From: Isurus oxyrinchus
Lineage: Eukaryota
DNA: 64,000 nucleotides
Assembly: GCA_026770705.1 (NCBI GenBank)
Contig: JANJGN010000010.1
Coordinates: 154,814,001 to 154,878,000, forward strand
Reading direction: 5' to 3'
Notes under the pieces: model-generated
What the model was told of the DNA's origin: nothing
What the model saw: only the letters and a program-made list of their open reading frames with translations
Databases searched by the model: none
Part shown: positions 63,825-64,000 of the stretch, one piece after another
Layout of the letters: each line of letters begins with the position of its first letter
How positions within the stretch are numbered: position 1 is the stretch's first letter
Made by a program: the position numbers and the translations under genes

Positions 63825-64000
63825 AAAGTGAAATACTGCGGACCTGGAAATCTGAGATAAAAATAGAGTGCTGGAAATACTAAGCAGGTCTGCTAGCATC
63901 TGTGGAGAGGGAAAGAGAGTTTACGTTTTAAGTCAAATATGACGCTTCTTCAGAACTGAAGAATCATTTAATGAAGAAGTCATATTCTACTCAAAACGTT
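63825..64000. repeat. Palindromic Penelope-terminus mini-element, cut by the window end
   Basis: Left arm aaatactgcggacctggaaatctg…cagaact (minus-strand core CTGAAGA, 63918-63957), then the start of the mirror arm atgaagaagtcatatt…aaaacgtt. Confidence 0.65.

Overview
Eukaryotic, intron-dominated vertebrate DNA. The repeat landscape suggests a shark/elasmobranch, though this is inferred and unverified. The only host gene I can support is VPS53 (GARP/EARP subunit) on the minus strand: five internal exons (243, 148, 83, 79 and 149 nt) with canonical GT-AG sites and consistent phases. The flanking exons were not found, so the gene extends past both ends. The rest is a nested mobile-element archive: Penelope-like elements (RT + GIY-YIG) with inverted terminal copies, many CR1 and L2/CR1-group LINE fragments, an RTE fragment, a degenerate Gypsy LTR element, Harbinger, hAT and pogo DNA transposon derivatives, and ancient Deu-domain and AmnSINE2-like SINEs. 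The most notable signal is a recurring minimal hammerhead-ribozyme motif at Penelope 3' termini. It has a non-canonical U6 core in the youngest family, and it also sits at the centre of a class of ~200-250 bp palindromic fold-back mini-elements. Other oddities are a Gypsy insertion with a 44-bp flanking duplication and a PPT before its 5' LTR, and two locally templated insertions. Repeat boundaries were read by eye and are approximate unless a TSD, TIR or splice site is quoted.
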